From an uncultured Verrucomicrobiae bacterium (GTDB taxonomy: Bacteria; Verrucomicrobiota; Verrucomicrobiia; Limisphaerales; JAFGQR01), in contig CAWBHS010000027.1 of NCBI GenBank assembly GCA_963788655.1, positions 32,001-96,000 on the forward strand: a stretch of DNA of 64,000 bases. The letters run 5' to 3'. The notes under the pieces are model-generated. The model was given only the letters and a program-made list of their open reading frames with translations. It was not told where the DNA came from and ran no database searches. Below are positions 11,530 through 21,643 of this stretch, one piece after another; the first letter of the stretch is position 1, and each line of letters starts with the position of its first letter. The translations under genes and the position numbers were made by a program.

Positions 11530-12129
11530 TTATGACCGTTCACGAAAATCAAGCTGATTCACCAAGGCGCCGTAACCGCGCTTCTGCAGTCGCCGAAGCG
11601 ATTCTTTGAAAGCGGTAATTTCCGCGAGTTGAATTTTAAGCCACTTCTCGTCCGCCTCATCGAACGTATCGAGTTTCAGGATATCCTCGTAATAACGTTT
11701 CGCGGACATGATCGGGCGGGCGAGATCAATGATCGTCAGCTCGCTTCCGGAATCTGAGGTGGAGTAGTTGATTCCGTAGTAGCGCTTGTGCTGCGGCAAG
11801 AACAGGAAACCCTTGCGCTTGCCTTTGAATTCGCTTTCACACCGTTTGAACGCTTCGACACTCAGACGCCCGGGGATAATAATCTGAACCAGTGTTTTCT
11901 CTGATTGAAACTGGCCCGCGGATTTGAATTGCGGCGGGTCGCAGCCTTCCACCGCGGAGTAGAGCTCAAATTGCTCCCGGTCGATGGCGGAGGAGACGGG
12001 GTCCAGGAAATTGTAAAAGTAGCCGACCGCGAGGCCCACTCCCACGACGTCCGTGTCCTGTTTATTAAGGCCATCAAAAAACTTTTCGACGGCCTTGATG
12101 CCGATTGCTGTCGCGATTTGTTCCCACAT
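11530..12129 (-). CDS. Stand-alone prokaryotic STING-like cyclic-dinucleotide receptor domain protein
   Basis: GLAVGYFYNFL, VQIIIP..L, KRYY, IIDLA, EITAFKESL occur in the order and spacing of bacterial STING motifs; 199 aa from ATG 12129. Confidence 0.7.
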   Translation of the reverse strand: MWEQIATAIGIKAVEKFFDGLNKQDTDVVGVGLAVGYFYNFLDPVSSAIDREQFELYSAVEGCDPPQFKSAGQFQSEKTLVQIIIPGRLSVEAFKRCESEFKGKRKGFLFLPQHKRYYGINYSTSDSGSELTIIDLARPIMSAKRYYEDILKLDTFDEADEKWLKIQLAEITAFKESLRRLQKRGYGALVNQLDFRERS

Positions 12130-12439
12130 AGCTAGGTTGTCAATTATTCTCCGGTTGTCTGAATTAATGCCCGGCACCGACCGGGACGCCTGCTCCGGAT
12201 CGTCCCCCCACTCGGCGGGTCACCGGCGCAACCACGGGCTTGAACATCCACCATCGAAACGGGAACTGCCAATCCAAAAGTGCCGTCCGGGCTGAATGCC
12301 GGCTGACGGCACGAGTCCACCGAAGCGGGTGCCTTCCAAGACAAACCTTGACCGACAAGGGCTGAAGTGAAATGAATTTCCTCTCGCTAAAAACAGTCTT
12401 TAGCTGACACAACGAATAACATTAGATGCATGCTTTGAT

Positions 12440-13291
12440 ATGAAACAAAAACTCATTTCCCACCTCACCCGTTCGCTGCTTGGTCTGATTGCCGGGGCAT
12501 TGGCCCTGCCAGCCGTGGCGGCGGAACCCAAGAAACTCCTGCTGGTGACCACCACCACCGGATTCCGACACAGCTCGATTCCCACGGCGGAAAAGGTCAT
12601 CCAGCAACTCGCAGCGGAAGACGGATCGTTCACCGTGGACTTGGTGCAACAACCAAAGGGCAACAGCAGAGATCCCGAGTTCCAGGACAAGATGAAGCAG
12701 GCGCTCAGCAAACTCAGCCCGGACAATCTCGCCAAATACGATGGGGTGATTTTCGCCAACACCACCGGGGATTTGCCGCTGCCCGATCCCGATGGATTTG
12801 TGAAATGGATCGAATCCGGCAAGGCCTTCATCGGCATGCACAGCGCCAGCGACACGTTCCATAACTTCCGGCCGTACATCGAAATGTTGGGCGGAGAATT
12901 CAAAGGCCACGGGGCCCAGGCCACAGTCGATTGCATCAACGAAGATCAACAATGCGCCTGCTGTCGGCATCTCGGTTCTTCCTGGACCGTGCATGATGAG
13001 ATTTACCTGATTAAAAGCTTCGAGCGCTCCAACGTCCACATGCTGCTGGGCCTGGACAAGGAACCCAACAAAAAGACGCCCGGATACTTCCCCGTTTCCT
13101 GGTGCAAGAACGCGGGCAAAGGCCGGGTGTTCTATACCTCGCTGGGCCATCGCGAAGACGTGTGGGATGACAAATATCCGAACCGGCAGAATTCGCCCGA
13201 AGTGGCCAAAGCGTATCAGCAGCACATCTTGAACGGTATCAAATGGGCCTTGGGCCTCGTGCCGGGAAGTGCGACCCCGCAAGCGAAGTAA
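12440..13291 (+). CDS. ThuA-like domain protein, secreted
   Basis: Signal peptide; GFRHSSIP, FANTTG, FIGMHSASDT, DEIY, GRVFYTSLGH. Confidence 0.85.
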   Translation: MKQKLISHLTRSLLGLIAGALALPAVAAEPKKLLLVTTTTGFRHSSIPTAEKVIQQLAAEDGSFTVDLVQQPKGNSRDPEFQDKMKQALSKLSPDNLAKYDGVIFANTTGDLPLPDPDGFVKWIESGKAFIGMHSASDTFHNFRPYIEMLGGEFKGHGAQATVDCINEDQQCACCRHLGSSWTVHDEIYLIKSFERSNVHMLLGLDKEPNKKTPGYFPVSWCKNAGKGRVFYTSLGHREDVWDDKYPNRQNSPEVAKAYQQHILNGIKWALGLVPGSATPQAK

Positions 13292-13348
13292 CTGGAGGCG
13301 ATGAATCGTGAACATCGTTTGACATTCAAACTGATAGCGAACCTGACC

Positions 13349-13969
13349 ATGAAAAAGATCACTCTGTTACTCACCGGATTATTGCTGTGTGGCGCGGCGG
13401 CAGTTTGGGCCGCGAACGAACCGGGATTTGTGCCGCTGTTTAATGGCAAAGACCTGACCGGTTGGAAACTGCGTAATCCCAACGGACACAATTCCTGGAC
13501 CGTCGAACCGGGTGGGGTTCTCCAGAACACCGTCCACAAGGGCGAGCACGGCACCGACCTGGTGACGGAGAAGAAATTCTGGAACTTCACCGTCCGTTAC
13601 GAATTCAAAGTACCCGATGGCTCGAACAGCGGTTTCTATCTGCGTGGCCGTCATGAAATCCAAATCCTCGGCGATTACCGGAGCGGCAAGGCCGGCACGG
13701 GTGGCAACGGCGCCATTTATGCCTTCAAGGCGCCCGATGTCTTTGCCTCGAAGCCGGGAGACCAATGGCAAACCGTCGAGGCAACCATGATCGGCAACAA
13801 AATCACGGTGACTTTGAACGGCAAAAAGATTCACGACAATGTGGTGTGCGATCGAGCAACCGGGTCGGAGATCGACCGCAACGTCACGGAGCCGGGGCCA
13901 ATCTTCCTCCAGGGCGACCATGGCACCGTCGCCTTCCGTAACATGCGCATCAAAGTCCTATCGCCTTAG
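13349..13969 (+). CDS. DUF1080 (3-keto-disaccharide hydrolase) family protein, secreted
   Basis: LFNGKDLTGW, NSGFYLRG, EIQILGD, GPIFLQGDHG..FRNMRIK. Confidence 0.9.
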   Translation: MKKITLLLTGLLLCGAAAVWAANEPGFVPLFNGKDLTGWKLRNPNGHNSWTVEPGGVLQNTVHKGEHGTDLVTEKKFWNFTVRYEFKVPDGSNSGFYLRGRHEIQILGDYRSGKAGTGGNGAIYAFKAPDVFASKPGDQWQTVEATMIGNKITVTLNGKKIHDNVVCDRATGSEIDRNVTEPGPIFLQGDHGTVAFRNMRIKVLSP

Positions 13970-13982
13970 GCCGCCGGCAGGT

Positions 13983-14026
13983 GAATGTTCCACCGGAGCG
14001 GGACTTTCACCCTCCGGTGGGCATTC
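13983..14026. terminator. Hairpin between convergent genes (possible terminator)
   Basis: GAATGTTCCACCGGAG ... CTCCGGTGGGCATTC inverted repeat just after the DUF1080 stop; no strong U-tract. Confidence 0.4.
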
Positions 14027-14133
14027 TTCACCACCGCACCAACGCCGCCATTCTTGTCGGCCGGGACGTTGATGCGCCCGGCGACCTTACCAGAATGTCG
14101 GCGCTTCGTCTTTAATCGTCGCAAGCGCGCCCG

Positions 14134-15060
14134 CTACCCAAATCGTTGCCGCGCCGATTCAATGTCGCGGGCAATTTGGACTTTCAACGCATCCAATGAA
14201 GCGAACTTCTGTTCGTCGCGTAACTTGTCCACGAAGGTCAGTTCCAGTTCCTGCCCGTAAAGGTCACCTGGAAATCGAGCAAATGGGCTTCGACCCGCAA
14301 TTGGGGCTCGGGGTGCGCAAGGGTAGGCCGGTACCCGACGTTGAGCACCGCCCGGTAGGTGCGGCCGGCAGCGCTGGCATGCACGGCATAAACTCCGTTG
14401 GGCGGCAAGGCGAGCCCTGTGGTAGCGAGATTGGCCGTGGGGAATCCCAGTTGACGCCCAACCTGATCGCCTTGGACCACCCGTCCGGCCAGCGAATACG
14501 CCCGCCCCAACATCTGACTGGCGGCATCCAATTGCCCCAGCCGAATCGCCTCGCGAATCCGGGTGCTGCGAATGGCCTGGCCTTCAAGCGACACGGCCGA
14601 CAGACTATGGACTTGGAAGTGAAACTCTTGGCCAAACTGCTTCAGCAACGCCACGTTGCCGCTGCGTTTGTGGCCGAAATGAAAATCGCTGCCCACGCAC
14701 ACGCTTTGTAGTCGCCCGAGATCACCCACCAAAGCCACGCACAAACTCCTCGCCGGATTGGCGGCTGAGTTCTGGGGTAAAGGCGAGCAGCAAGGTGGCG
14801 TCTACTTCCAGCGAAGCGATGGCCCGCAGCTTTTGGGGGAGGGAATAAATCAGGCGCGGCACGCGCGCGGGGGCGACTACTGCATTAGGATGGCGGTCGA
14901 ACGTGACCACCACGCTGAGGCCCTCGTGCTGTTTGGCGTCAGCCATCGTGGTGCGGATGATTTGCTGGTGACCCAAATGCACGCCATCGAAGAAGCCGAT
15001 GGCCAGGCACACCCGTCGTCCGTGGGGCCGCAGTTCGGTGGCCGCATGAACGGTTCTCAT
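14134..15060 (-). CDS. ribF: Bifunctional riboflavin kinase/FAD synthetase (frameshifts near 14735 and 14268)
   Basis: GFFDGVHLGHQ, VGSDFHFGH, GRQLGFPTAN, NVGYRPT, VEAHLLDF, then GDLYGQ..LRDEQKF in a third frame. Confidence 0.9.
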
Positions 15061-15061
15061 G

Positions 15062-15773
15062 TCAGCCGACCAGTTGCAAAAACGGCACCACCCGTTTTTC
15101 GAATTCGTCCGGGTTCAGTCGGATCAATTGCTCCAATTCAATGGCGTCCTTGATTTCGAAGCGTCCGGAGGCCAGCCGGCGCAAGTGGGCCAGGTGCGCG
15201 CCGCAGCCAACTTTCTGGCCCAGTTCGTGAGCCAGACTGCGGACGTAGGTGCCCTTGGTGCAAGCGATACGGAACCACCCCAGCGGTTCGACGTAATCGG
15301 TGAACGCAAATTTGTAGATATGAATGAGCCGGGCCTTCCGCTCCACTTCGAGTCCGCGGCGCGCCAGTTTGTAGAGGGGCACCCCATCTTTCTTCACCGC
15401 CGAAACCATGGGGGGCGTTTGCATTTGGTCGCCCACGAACGCGGCTGCCATTTCGTTGAGTTGGTTCACGGTCAACGGGGGCACCGGTTGGGTGGCAATG
15501 ACTTCGCCTTCGACGTCGTAGCTGTTGGTGGTCACCCCGAACCGGATGGCGCCGGCATACACTTTGTCATCCGCCATCAGTTTCTCGGAGAGCCGGGTGG
15601 CCCGCCCCATCACGATGATCAACAAGCCGGTGGCATTGGGATCCAACGTGCCGCAATGGCCGGCTTTGCGCACGCCAAACCGGCTGCGCACGATGTCCAC
15701 TACGTCGTGGGACGTGGGACCGAGCCGGCTTGTCGATGAGCAAGGCGCCATCCAGCGGATCGAAAACTTCCAT
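15062..15773 (-). CDS. truB: tRNA pseudouridine(55) synthase (frameshift near 15724)
   Basis: GALLIDKP in one frame; TSHDVV, KAGHCGTLDP, TPPMVSAVK, CTKGTYVRSL in another. Confidence 0.92.
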
Positions 15774-15776
15774 GGG

Positions 15777-16757
15777 CTAGGGGGCGGAGTTGAGGGCTCG
15801 TTTAAGGGCGCTGAGCATGTTGCGTTGAATGGTGATTGGTTTGCCGGCGATCCGGACGCCCGCCGCGGCCGCATGACCACCGCCGCCAAATTGGGCGGCA
15901 ATTTTCCCCACGTTCACGCGCGGGCTTTTGGAACGGAGGCTCACGCGCGTCAGGTCAGGCGTCAGTTCTTCAAAGACACAGGCCACCACCACCGGCTCGA
16001 TGGCGCGGAGGTGGTCGATCAGACCCTCGGTATCGGCGGAGGTGGCGCCGGTACGAGTAAAATCGGCTTTGCGGAGCCAGAAATAGGCGATCTGGTTGAG
16101 GTGTTTCAGCCGGAAATCATTGTAGATATGTTTGAGCAACCGCACCCGCGAAAGCGGAAAAGATTGATAAACTTCCTGACAGATTCGGGCCAGGTTGGCC
16201 CCGCGTTTGACCAACTCGCCGGCGACCACGTAGGTGGTGGGAGTGGTCGTGGGATACTGAAAGGAACCGGTATCGGTGGACACAGCCGTAAACAGGCAAT
16301 CGGCAATCGCGGGCGTGATCGGCCACCGGGCTGCCTTCAGCAGGTAGTAAATCAGCTCGCCGGTCGAGGGCGCCTTGCCTTGAACCCAGTTCAAATCCGC
16401 ATACCGGGTATTGCTGGCGTGGTGATCGATGTTGATAAACAAATGGCGGTCCTGAATACACGATCCCACGGTGCCCAAACGTTCCAAGCTGGCGGCGTCG
16501 GTGGCGATGACGCAATCGAACGCCTGGCCCGGCTGGGGCGGTTGGATGAGCTTTTGCGAATCGAGGAAAGCCAGTTTGTGCGGCACCGAATCCTCGTTCC
16601 AGCAGGTGACACGTTTGCCTTCGCTTTGCAGCGCCCGGGCCAGACCAAGCTGAGAACCGATGCAATCGCCGTCGGGCCGGACGTGGCCCACAATGCAAAC
16701 GCGCTCGCTGGCGCGGATACCCTCGAGGATGCGCTGGACAATTTTCGCGGACTTCAT
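15777..16757 (-). CDS. nrnA: DHH/DHHA1 phosphoesterase (NrnA-like)
   Basis: HVRPDGDCIGS, NIDHH, DTGSF, GGGGHAAAAG; position after rbfA. Confidence 0.88.
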   Translation of the reverse strand: MKSAKIVQRILEGIRASERVCIVGHVRPDGDCIGSQLGLARALQSEGKRVTCWNEDSVPHKLAFLDSQKLIQPPQPGQAFDCVIATDAASLERLGTVGSCIQDRHLFINIDHHASNTRYADLNWVQGKAPSTGELIYYLLKAARWPITPAIADCLFTAVSTDTGSFQYPTTTPTTYVVAGELVKRGANLARICQEVYQSFPLSRVRLLKHIYNDFRLKHLNQIAYFWLRKADFTRTGATSADTEGLIDHLRAIEPVVVACVFEELTPDLTRVSLRSKSPRVNVGKIAAQFGGGGHAAAAGVRIAGKPITIQRNMLSALKRALNSAP

Positions 16758-17113
16758 GTTTCCTCCGGCAGGCTCCGTTCGAGCTCGGCAATGATTTCCA
16801 GCACGCGGTTGCCGCGCATAACGGAATCGTCCACAACGAAACGGAGGCGGGGGATGTATTTCAGAATCACGGCCTTGGCGAGATGGTCCTGGATGCGCGG
16901 GCGGTGGTTTTGCAGGAGTTGAAGCCCCTTTTTTTGCTGTTCCGGCGAGCCCATGATGCTGATGAAGACGCTGGCCTGACGCAGGTCGCCCGAAACCTCC
17001 ACGTCATTGACGGTGACCAACCCGGCCTCGTCGATCGGAATTTCGCGGCGGATGGCTTCGCCGATTTCGCGCTTCAACAGTTCGCGCACACGCAGAAGTC
17101 GATGGGAGGACAT
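16754..17113 (-). CDS. rbfA: 30S ribosome-binding factor A
   Basis: VTVNDVEVSGDLRQASVF, KYIPRLRFVVD; between infB and the DHH gene. Confidence 0.95.
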   Translation of the reverse strand: MSSHRLLRVRELLKREIGEAIRREIPIDEAGLVTVNDVEVSGDLRQASVFISIMGSPEQQKKGLQLLQNHRPRIQDHLAKAVILKYIPRLRFVVDDSVMRGNRVLEIIAELERSLPEET

Positions 17114-17146
17114 AGGCGGTGGAGGGAAGTTGTTTGCGCAATAGCC

Positions 17147-19789
17147 TCACAGAGTCGCGGCCATCTTCTCCAGGGTATAGCACTCGATGGAATCCCCGAT
17201 TTGAAACTCGTTGAAACCATCCAGGCGAATGCCGCACTCCATGCCCGCGCGCACTTCGTTGACTTCATCCTGAAAGCGCCGGAGGGATTGGGTCTGGCCT
17301 TCGAACAGCAGGTTCTTGCGGCGCATGACGCGCACTTTGCCCCGGGACACCCGGCCACTGGCCACCATGCAACCAGCCACGTTGCCGCCTTTGGACAGTG
17401 CGAAGACCTTGCGCACTTCGGCCGCGCCGGTGACCACTTCCTTGAGAATCGGTTCCAGCAACCCGGTCAACGCATCGCGCACTTCATCGATCAATTCGTA
17501 GATAATGGAGTAGAGCTTGATCTGCACGCCCTCGCGTTTGGCCTGTTCGGCGGCCACGGGATCCACCCGCGTATGAAACCCGAGAATGACCGCGTTCGAG
17601 GAACTGGCCAGGACGATGTCGTCCTTGGTGATGGTGCCCACGGCGCTGTGCAAGATCTTCAAATCAACTTTGTCAGACTCGAATTTGTTGAGCGCATCAA
17701 CAATGGCTTCCTCGGACCCTTGCGTATCGGTTTTGACGATCAGCCGCAACACCTTGCCCTCCTTCGCCGCCAGGGTGGTGTAAATGGTTTCCAGTGAAAC
17801 TTTGGGGCCGGCCTGTTCGCGGTTGCTGGCCTTGGCCTGTTCGACGCGTTTTCCGGCCTCTTCGCGGGCGCTCTTTTCGTTCTTCCAAACGGTGAATTCC
17901 AACCCGGCTTCCGGCACTCCATTGAGACCCAAAATCCGGACGGCCTGGGCCGGACCGGCTTCCTTCAGGCGTTTGCCATCTTCATTAATCAGGGCCCGCA
18001 CCCGGCCATAATACTGATCGCACAATAACACGTCGCTGACGTGCAACGTCCCCTTGCGCACCAGCACCGTGGCCACCGGTCCGCCGGGTTCGATGCCGGA
18101 CTCGATCACGTTGCCCTTGGCGGCGCGGACGGGATTGGCTTTGAGTTCCAGAAGTTCAGCCTGCAGCAGAATCATCTCGAGGAGCTTGTCCACGCCCTGT
18201 TTCTCCTTCGCCGAAACGTCCACAAAAATAGTGTCCCCACCCCAGTCGTCCGGCGCCAACCCTTTTTCATTGAGTTGCTGCCGTACTTTCAGCGGGTCGG
18301 CATTCGGATGATCGCACTTGTTGACTGCCACGATGATCGGCACGCCGGCGGCTTTGGCATGATTGAGCGCCTCCATGGTCTGGGGCATGACCCCGTCGTT
18401 GGCGGCCACCACCAGGATGACAATGTCGGTGACGTTGGCGCCGCGGGCCCGCATGGCACTGAAGGCCGCATGACCCGGAGTATCCAGGAAGGTGATTTGT
18501 TGCAGCTCCTTCTTCCGTCCCGGGTGCGGGAAAGCAATGGTATAGGCGCCGATGTGCTGGGTGATGCTCCCGGCTTCGCCGGCCACTACGTTGGACTCCC
18601 GGATGACATCGAGCAGGGTCGTCTTGCCGTGATCCACGTGCCCCATGATGGTGACCACCGGCGGGCGCGGTTGCATGTCCTCCGGCTTGTCTTCTTCGTC
18701 CAGTTCGACGACGCGAACCTGTGGGCGGATTTGCTGGGTGGCGTCCCGCCGACGTTTTTCCACTTCAAACTTCGCGCCGAAGCAGGCGCAGAGCCGGGTG
18801 GCCACCGTTTCATCAATGGACTGGTTGGCCGTGGCCCACACGTTCATGCCGACCAATTCGGCGATGACCTGGTGCGGCTTCTTGTTCAGTTGTTCTGCCA
18901 GGTCACGGACGATGATTGGAGGTTTCATCGTGATGACTTGGGCGTCTTCGGGCAGCACAATTTTCGGGGCAGTGGCCGCGGGAACGGCGGGACGGGAAGA
19001 TGGCTGGGACGGGCGCCCCGGCATCCCGGCTCCCGGCTGGGATCGCTGATCCGGTCGGCCGCGCACGCCCCGTTGTCCCCGCTGGTCAAACCGGCCGCGC
19101 TGAGTCTCTCGGCCTTGCGGTCCGCGGGCGGCGGTTTTCGGCGGTTCCGTCTTTTCCGCGGAACGCGGCGTGGGTTTGGGCGGAAGTTGGATAAAACCTA
19201 CCTTGTCGCCAACGCGCGGCGGGGGCGGCTCGGGTGGTGGCGCCTCGACGGCAGCGGGCTCAGATTCAGGGATGGTCGTGGGCGGGGCCGGTTCTTCCGC
19301 CAGCGGTGCGGGTTCATCCGGTTCGAGTTCGGTGGCGGGCTCAAGTTCTGGCCCCTCCGCGGGCAACGCAATGATCTCCGGCACCTTGACTTGGTCCTGC
19401 GGAAGCACACCGGGAGCGGCTGGCTCAGCGGTTTCGGTTACTGAATCAGCGGGCACGTTCGCTGGCGGGGGCGGCGCGATTTCTGGTGCCGTGATGATCA
19501 TGATTTCTGGGACCGCTTCCGACTTTTCTTCAGGTTTGGCTTCGGCGGCCGGGGAGGAAGTGGTTCCGGAAATGTCGGGGGCCGGCTCGGCGGTTACTGG
19601 TTGCTTCCCCTTAGGCAGGGCGGTCCCGCACTCTTCCAAGATCTTGTCGGTCAGGTATTCGGCGGTGATTTTATCGAGGGTGCTGGAGGCAACCCGGGCG
19701 CCGGCAATGCCCAGTTCTTTGGCTTTGGCAAGCACGTGTTTGCTTTCCCAGCCAACTTTCTTTGCTATTTCGTAAATGCGAACGGGCAT
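17147..19789 (-). CDS. infB: Translation initiation factor IF-2
   Basis: [40 protein letters not shown]; Pro/Glu-rich N-terminal linker. Confidence 0.98.
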   Translation of the reverse strand: MPVRIYEIAKKVGWESKHVLAKAKELGIAGARVASSTLDKITAEYLTDKILEECGTALPKGKQPVTAEPAPDISGTTSSPAAEAKPEEKSEAVPEIMIITAPEIAPPPPANVPADSVTETAEPAAPGVLPQDQVKVPEIIALPAEGPELEPATELEPDEPAPLAEEPAPPTTIPESEPAAVEAPPPEPPPPRVGDKVGFIQLPPKPTPRSAEKTEPPKTAARGPQGRETQRGRFDQRGQRGVRGRPDQRSQPGAGMPGRPSQPSSRPAVPAATAPKIVLPEDAQVITMKPPIIVRDLAEQLNKKPHQVIAELVGMNVWATANQSIDETVATRLCACFGAKFEVEKRRRDATQQIRPQVRVVELDEEDKPEDMQPRPPVVTIMGHVDHGKTTLLDVIRESNVVAGEAGSITQHIGAYTIAFPHPGRKKELQQITFLDTPGHAAFSAMRARGANVTDIVILVVAANDGVMPQTMEALNHAKAAGVPIIVAVNKCDHPNADPLKVRQQLNEKGLAPDDWGGDTIFVDVSAKEKQGVDKLLEMILLQAELLELKANPVRAAKGNVIESGIEPGGPVATVLVRKGTLHVSDVLLCDQYYGRVRALINEDGKRLKEAGPAQAVRILGLNGVPEAGLEFTVWKNEKSAREEAGKRVEQAKASNREQAGPKVSLETIYTTLAAKEGKVLRLIVKTDTQGSEEAIVDALNKFESDKVDLKILHSAVGTITKDDIVLASSSNAVILGFHTRVDPVAAEQAKREGVQIKLYSIIYELIDEVRDALTGLLEPILKEVVTGAAEVRKVFALSKGGNVAGCMVASGRVSRGKVRVMRRKNLLFEGQTQSLRRFQDEVNEVRAGMECGIRLDGFNEFQIGDSIECYTLEKMAATL

Positions 19790-19871
19790 AAATTCTCTCT
19801 ACCATCCATCGCTGCGGCATGGCGTTCATAACGACACAACGAAGAGAGCAGTTTTTACCAAAATCATATCC

Positions 19872-21152
19872 TTAAGCAACTGGAGACTCACCAATTTTAA
19901 TGGTTCTCCGGCCGGCTTCGTCTCGGGCGGCCTGCAATACCTGCTCGGAAACCGGGCCAATTTCAGGCACATCTTCCAAATCCGACAAGTCCGCCTGCAG
20001 GAGCGCCTCGAGGCTGGTCCAGCCATGGTGAACCAAAACATCCGCCTGTTCCGGCGTGATGCCTGGAATATCCGCCAAGGACTGCACGGCATGAGCCAGT
20101 TTGTCTTCAAATCCTTCGCTCACGGTTTGCTCGGCCTCAATATCCACCTGCCACCCCGTGAGCTTGGCCGTTAAGCGCGCGTTCTGACCGCGCTTGCCAA
20201 TGGCCAGCGAGAGCTGGTCCGGCGTGACAATAATGCGGGCGCGACGCCGTTTTTCGTCAATATCAAATGATTTCAATTTGGCCGGTGCCAGCGAATTGGC
20301 CAACAACACGGTAATGTCTTGATCCCAACGGATGATGTCCACTTTCTCGTTGTTGAGTTCGCGAACAATGTTTTTGACCCGTTGCCCGCGAAGTCCGACG
20401 CAGGCGCCCACCGGATCGACTTTGTTGTCTCGGGTCCAGACGCCGAGTTTGGTTCGGAAACCCGGTTCACGCGCGATGGATTTGATTTCAATCGTGCCAT
20501 CGCTGACTTCAGACACTTCGAGTTGAAAGAGCTTCTTCACGAAATTGGGGTCGGCGCGGGAGAGAATGATCTCCGGGCCGTGGGGACCGCTTTCCGTGAC
20601 TTCCTTGACGTAGCAACGAATCCGTTCACCGATTTGATATTCCTCGGTGGGCACGCGCTCGCGGTTGGGCAACAGCGCGTCATAGCGCCCCAGGTCCACC
20701 GTAACGTCGGACTTCTCGAAGCGCCGGACCACCCCGTGAACGATATCGCCAACGCGGTCTTTAAACTCGGAAAATATCAGTTGCTTTTCCGCCCGGCGAA
20801 TGTGCTGCAAGAGGGATTGTTTGGCGTAGGTTGAGGCAATGCGCCCAAAATCCGCGGGCGTTACTTCGACCTCGAGTTCATCGCCCAGTTTGGCCTCCGG
20901 TTTGATGCGCCGGCCATCGAACAGGGAAATTTGGTCATGCTTGGACTCGACTTTTTCGACGACGATCAGCTTGGCAAAAGCTTTGATTTCCCCGGTTTTG
21001 GGATCCATTTCACAACGCAGTTCCCGCGCGGGCCCGATGGCTTTCTTGGCCGCCGAGGTAAGCGCCTCCTGGACGGCACCAATGAGCTTCTCCATTGGGA
21101 TGCCTTTCTCTCGCACCCAATACTCCAGCACTGTTAATAAGTCCGCATTCAT
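19872..21152 (-). CDS. nusA: Transcription termination/antitermination factor NusA
   Basis: FGRIAS..AKQ, AREPGFRTK, DPVGACVG.RGQRV, LSLAIGKRGQNARL; ATG 21152. Confidence 0.97.
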   Translation of the reverse strand: MNADLLTVLEYWVREKGIPMEKLIGAVQEALTSAAKKAIGPARELRCEMDPKTGEIKAFAKLIVVEKVESKHDQISLFDGRRIKPEAKLGDELEVEVTPADFGRIASTYAKQSLLQHIRRAEKQLIFSEFKDRVGDIVHGVVRRFEKSDVTVDLGRYDALLPNRERVPTEEYQIGERIRCYVKEVTESGPHGPEIILSRADPNFVKKLFQLEVSEVSDGTIEIKSIAREPGFRTKLGVWTRDNKVDPVGACVGLRGQRVKNIVRELNNEKVDIIRWDQDITVLLANSLAPAKLKSFDIDEKRRRARIIVTPDQLSLAIGKRGQNARLTAKLTGWQVDIEAEQTVSEGFEDKLAHAVQSLADIPGITPEQADVLVHHGWTSLEALLQADLSDLEDVPEIGPVSEQVLQAARDEAGRRTIKIGESPVA

Positions 21153-21183
21153 AAAGCAACAATCGCCTGCCTCCCACGAGGGG

Positions 21184-21215
21184 AACAAAAAAGCCGGCAG
21201 AATAATCTCCGACTT
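21184..21215 (-). terminator. Leader hairpin plus U-tract in the nusA 5' UTR (possible attenuator)
   Basis: Minus strand AAGTCGG-AGATTATTCTG-CCGGCTT followed by TTTTG. Confidence 0.55.
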
Positions 21216-21256
21216 CGCGCGTGGGCCTTGAAGGCCATCTTTACCATTCTGTTCAA

Positions 21257-21286
21257 ACCATAATTGCAACCTGCCCGACGAGTCAA
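21257..21286 (-). promoter_or_regulatory. Putative sigma70 promoter of the nusA-infB operon
   Basis: Minus strand TTGACT-N18-TATGGT. Confidence 0.5.
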
Positions 21287-21643
21287 GAATCAAGCTGACA
21301 GTATTTTCAACAAAAAAGTGACTTCGATTAAGAATTCCTCGCCCGATGATCCTTGCTCAGAACGGCTGGCAGTAATTTGCAAAAGATTGTTCCACAAGCA
21401 CTTCCAAAGTGCGTCCAGGGAGCCTTGAAATTCACCGACGCGCGCAAGTAGAAGTAAACCAACACGTTACTGTTTGCCCTCCTTATCCAAGCATGAATAT
21501 GGAATGCGTCGGTGCAGCAGTGCCGGAACGCCAACATCCTGGACCAAGGAATCGTGCCCCCCCCGGCCGAGCCGATCAGAATGTCGGCGCTCGGCGCGCT
21601 CCCTGAGTTGTGACGTTGCCGGGGTGGGATCGGTGCGGGTTGA

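Noticed and set aside
10982..12129. NUDIX plus STING as one CBASS-like operon
   Set aside because: Genes are convergent and the NUDIX looks like a common YfcD/IDI-like enzyme; no CD-NTase present
14134..15773. Programmed frameshifting in ribF or truB
   Set aside because: No slippery heptamers; similar indels occur throughout the window, so error is more parsimonious
896..19444. Long antisense ORFs (896..2737, 15525..16922, 18041..19444 and similar)
   Set aside because: Shadow frames of well-supported genes in GC-rich DNA
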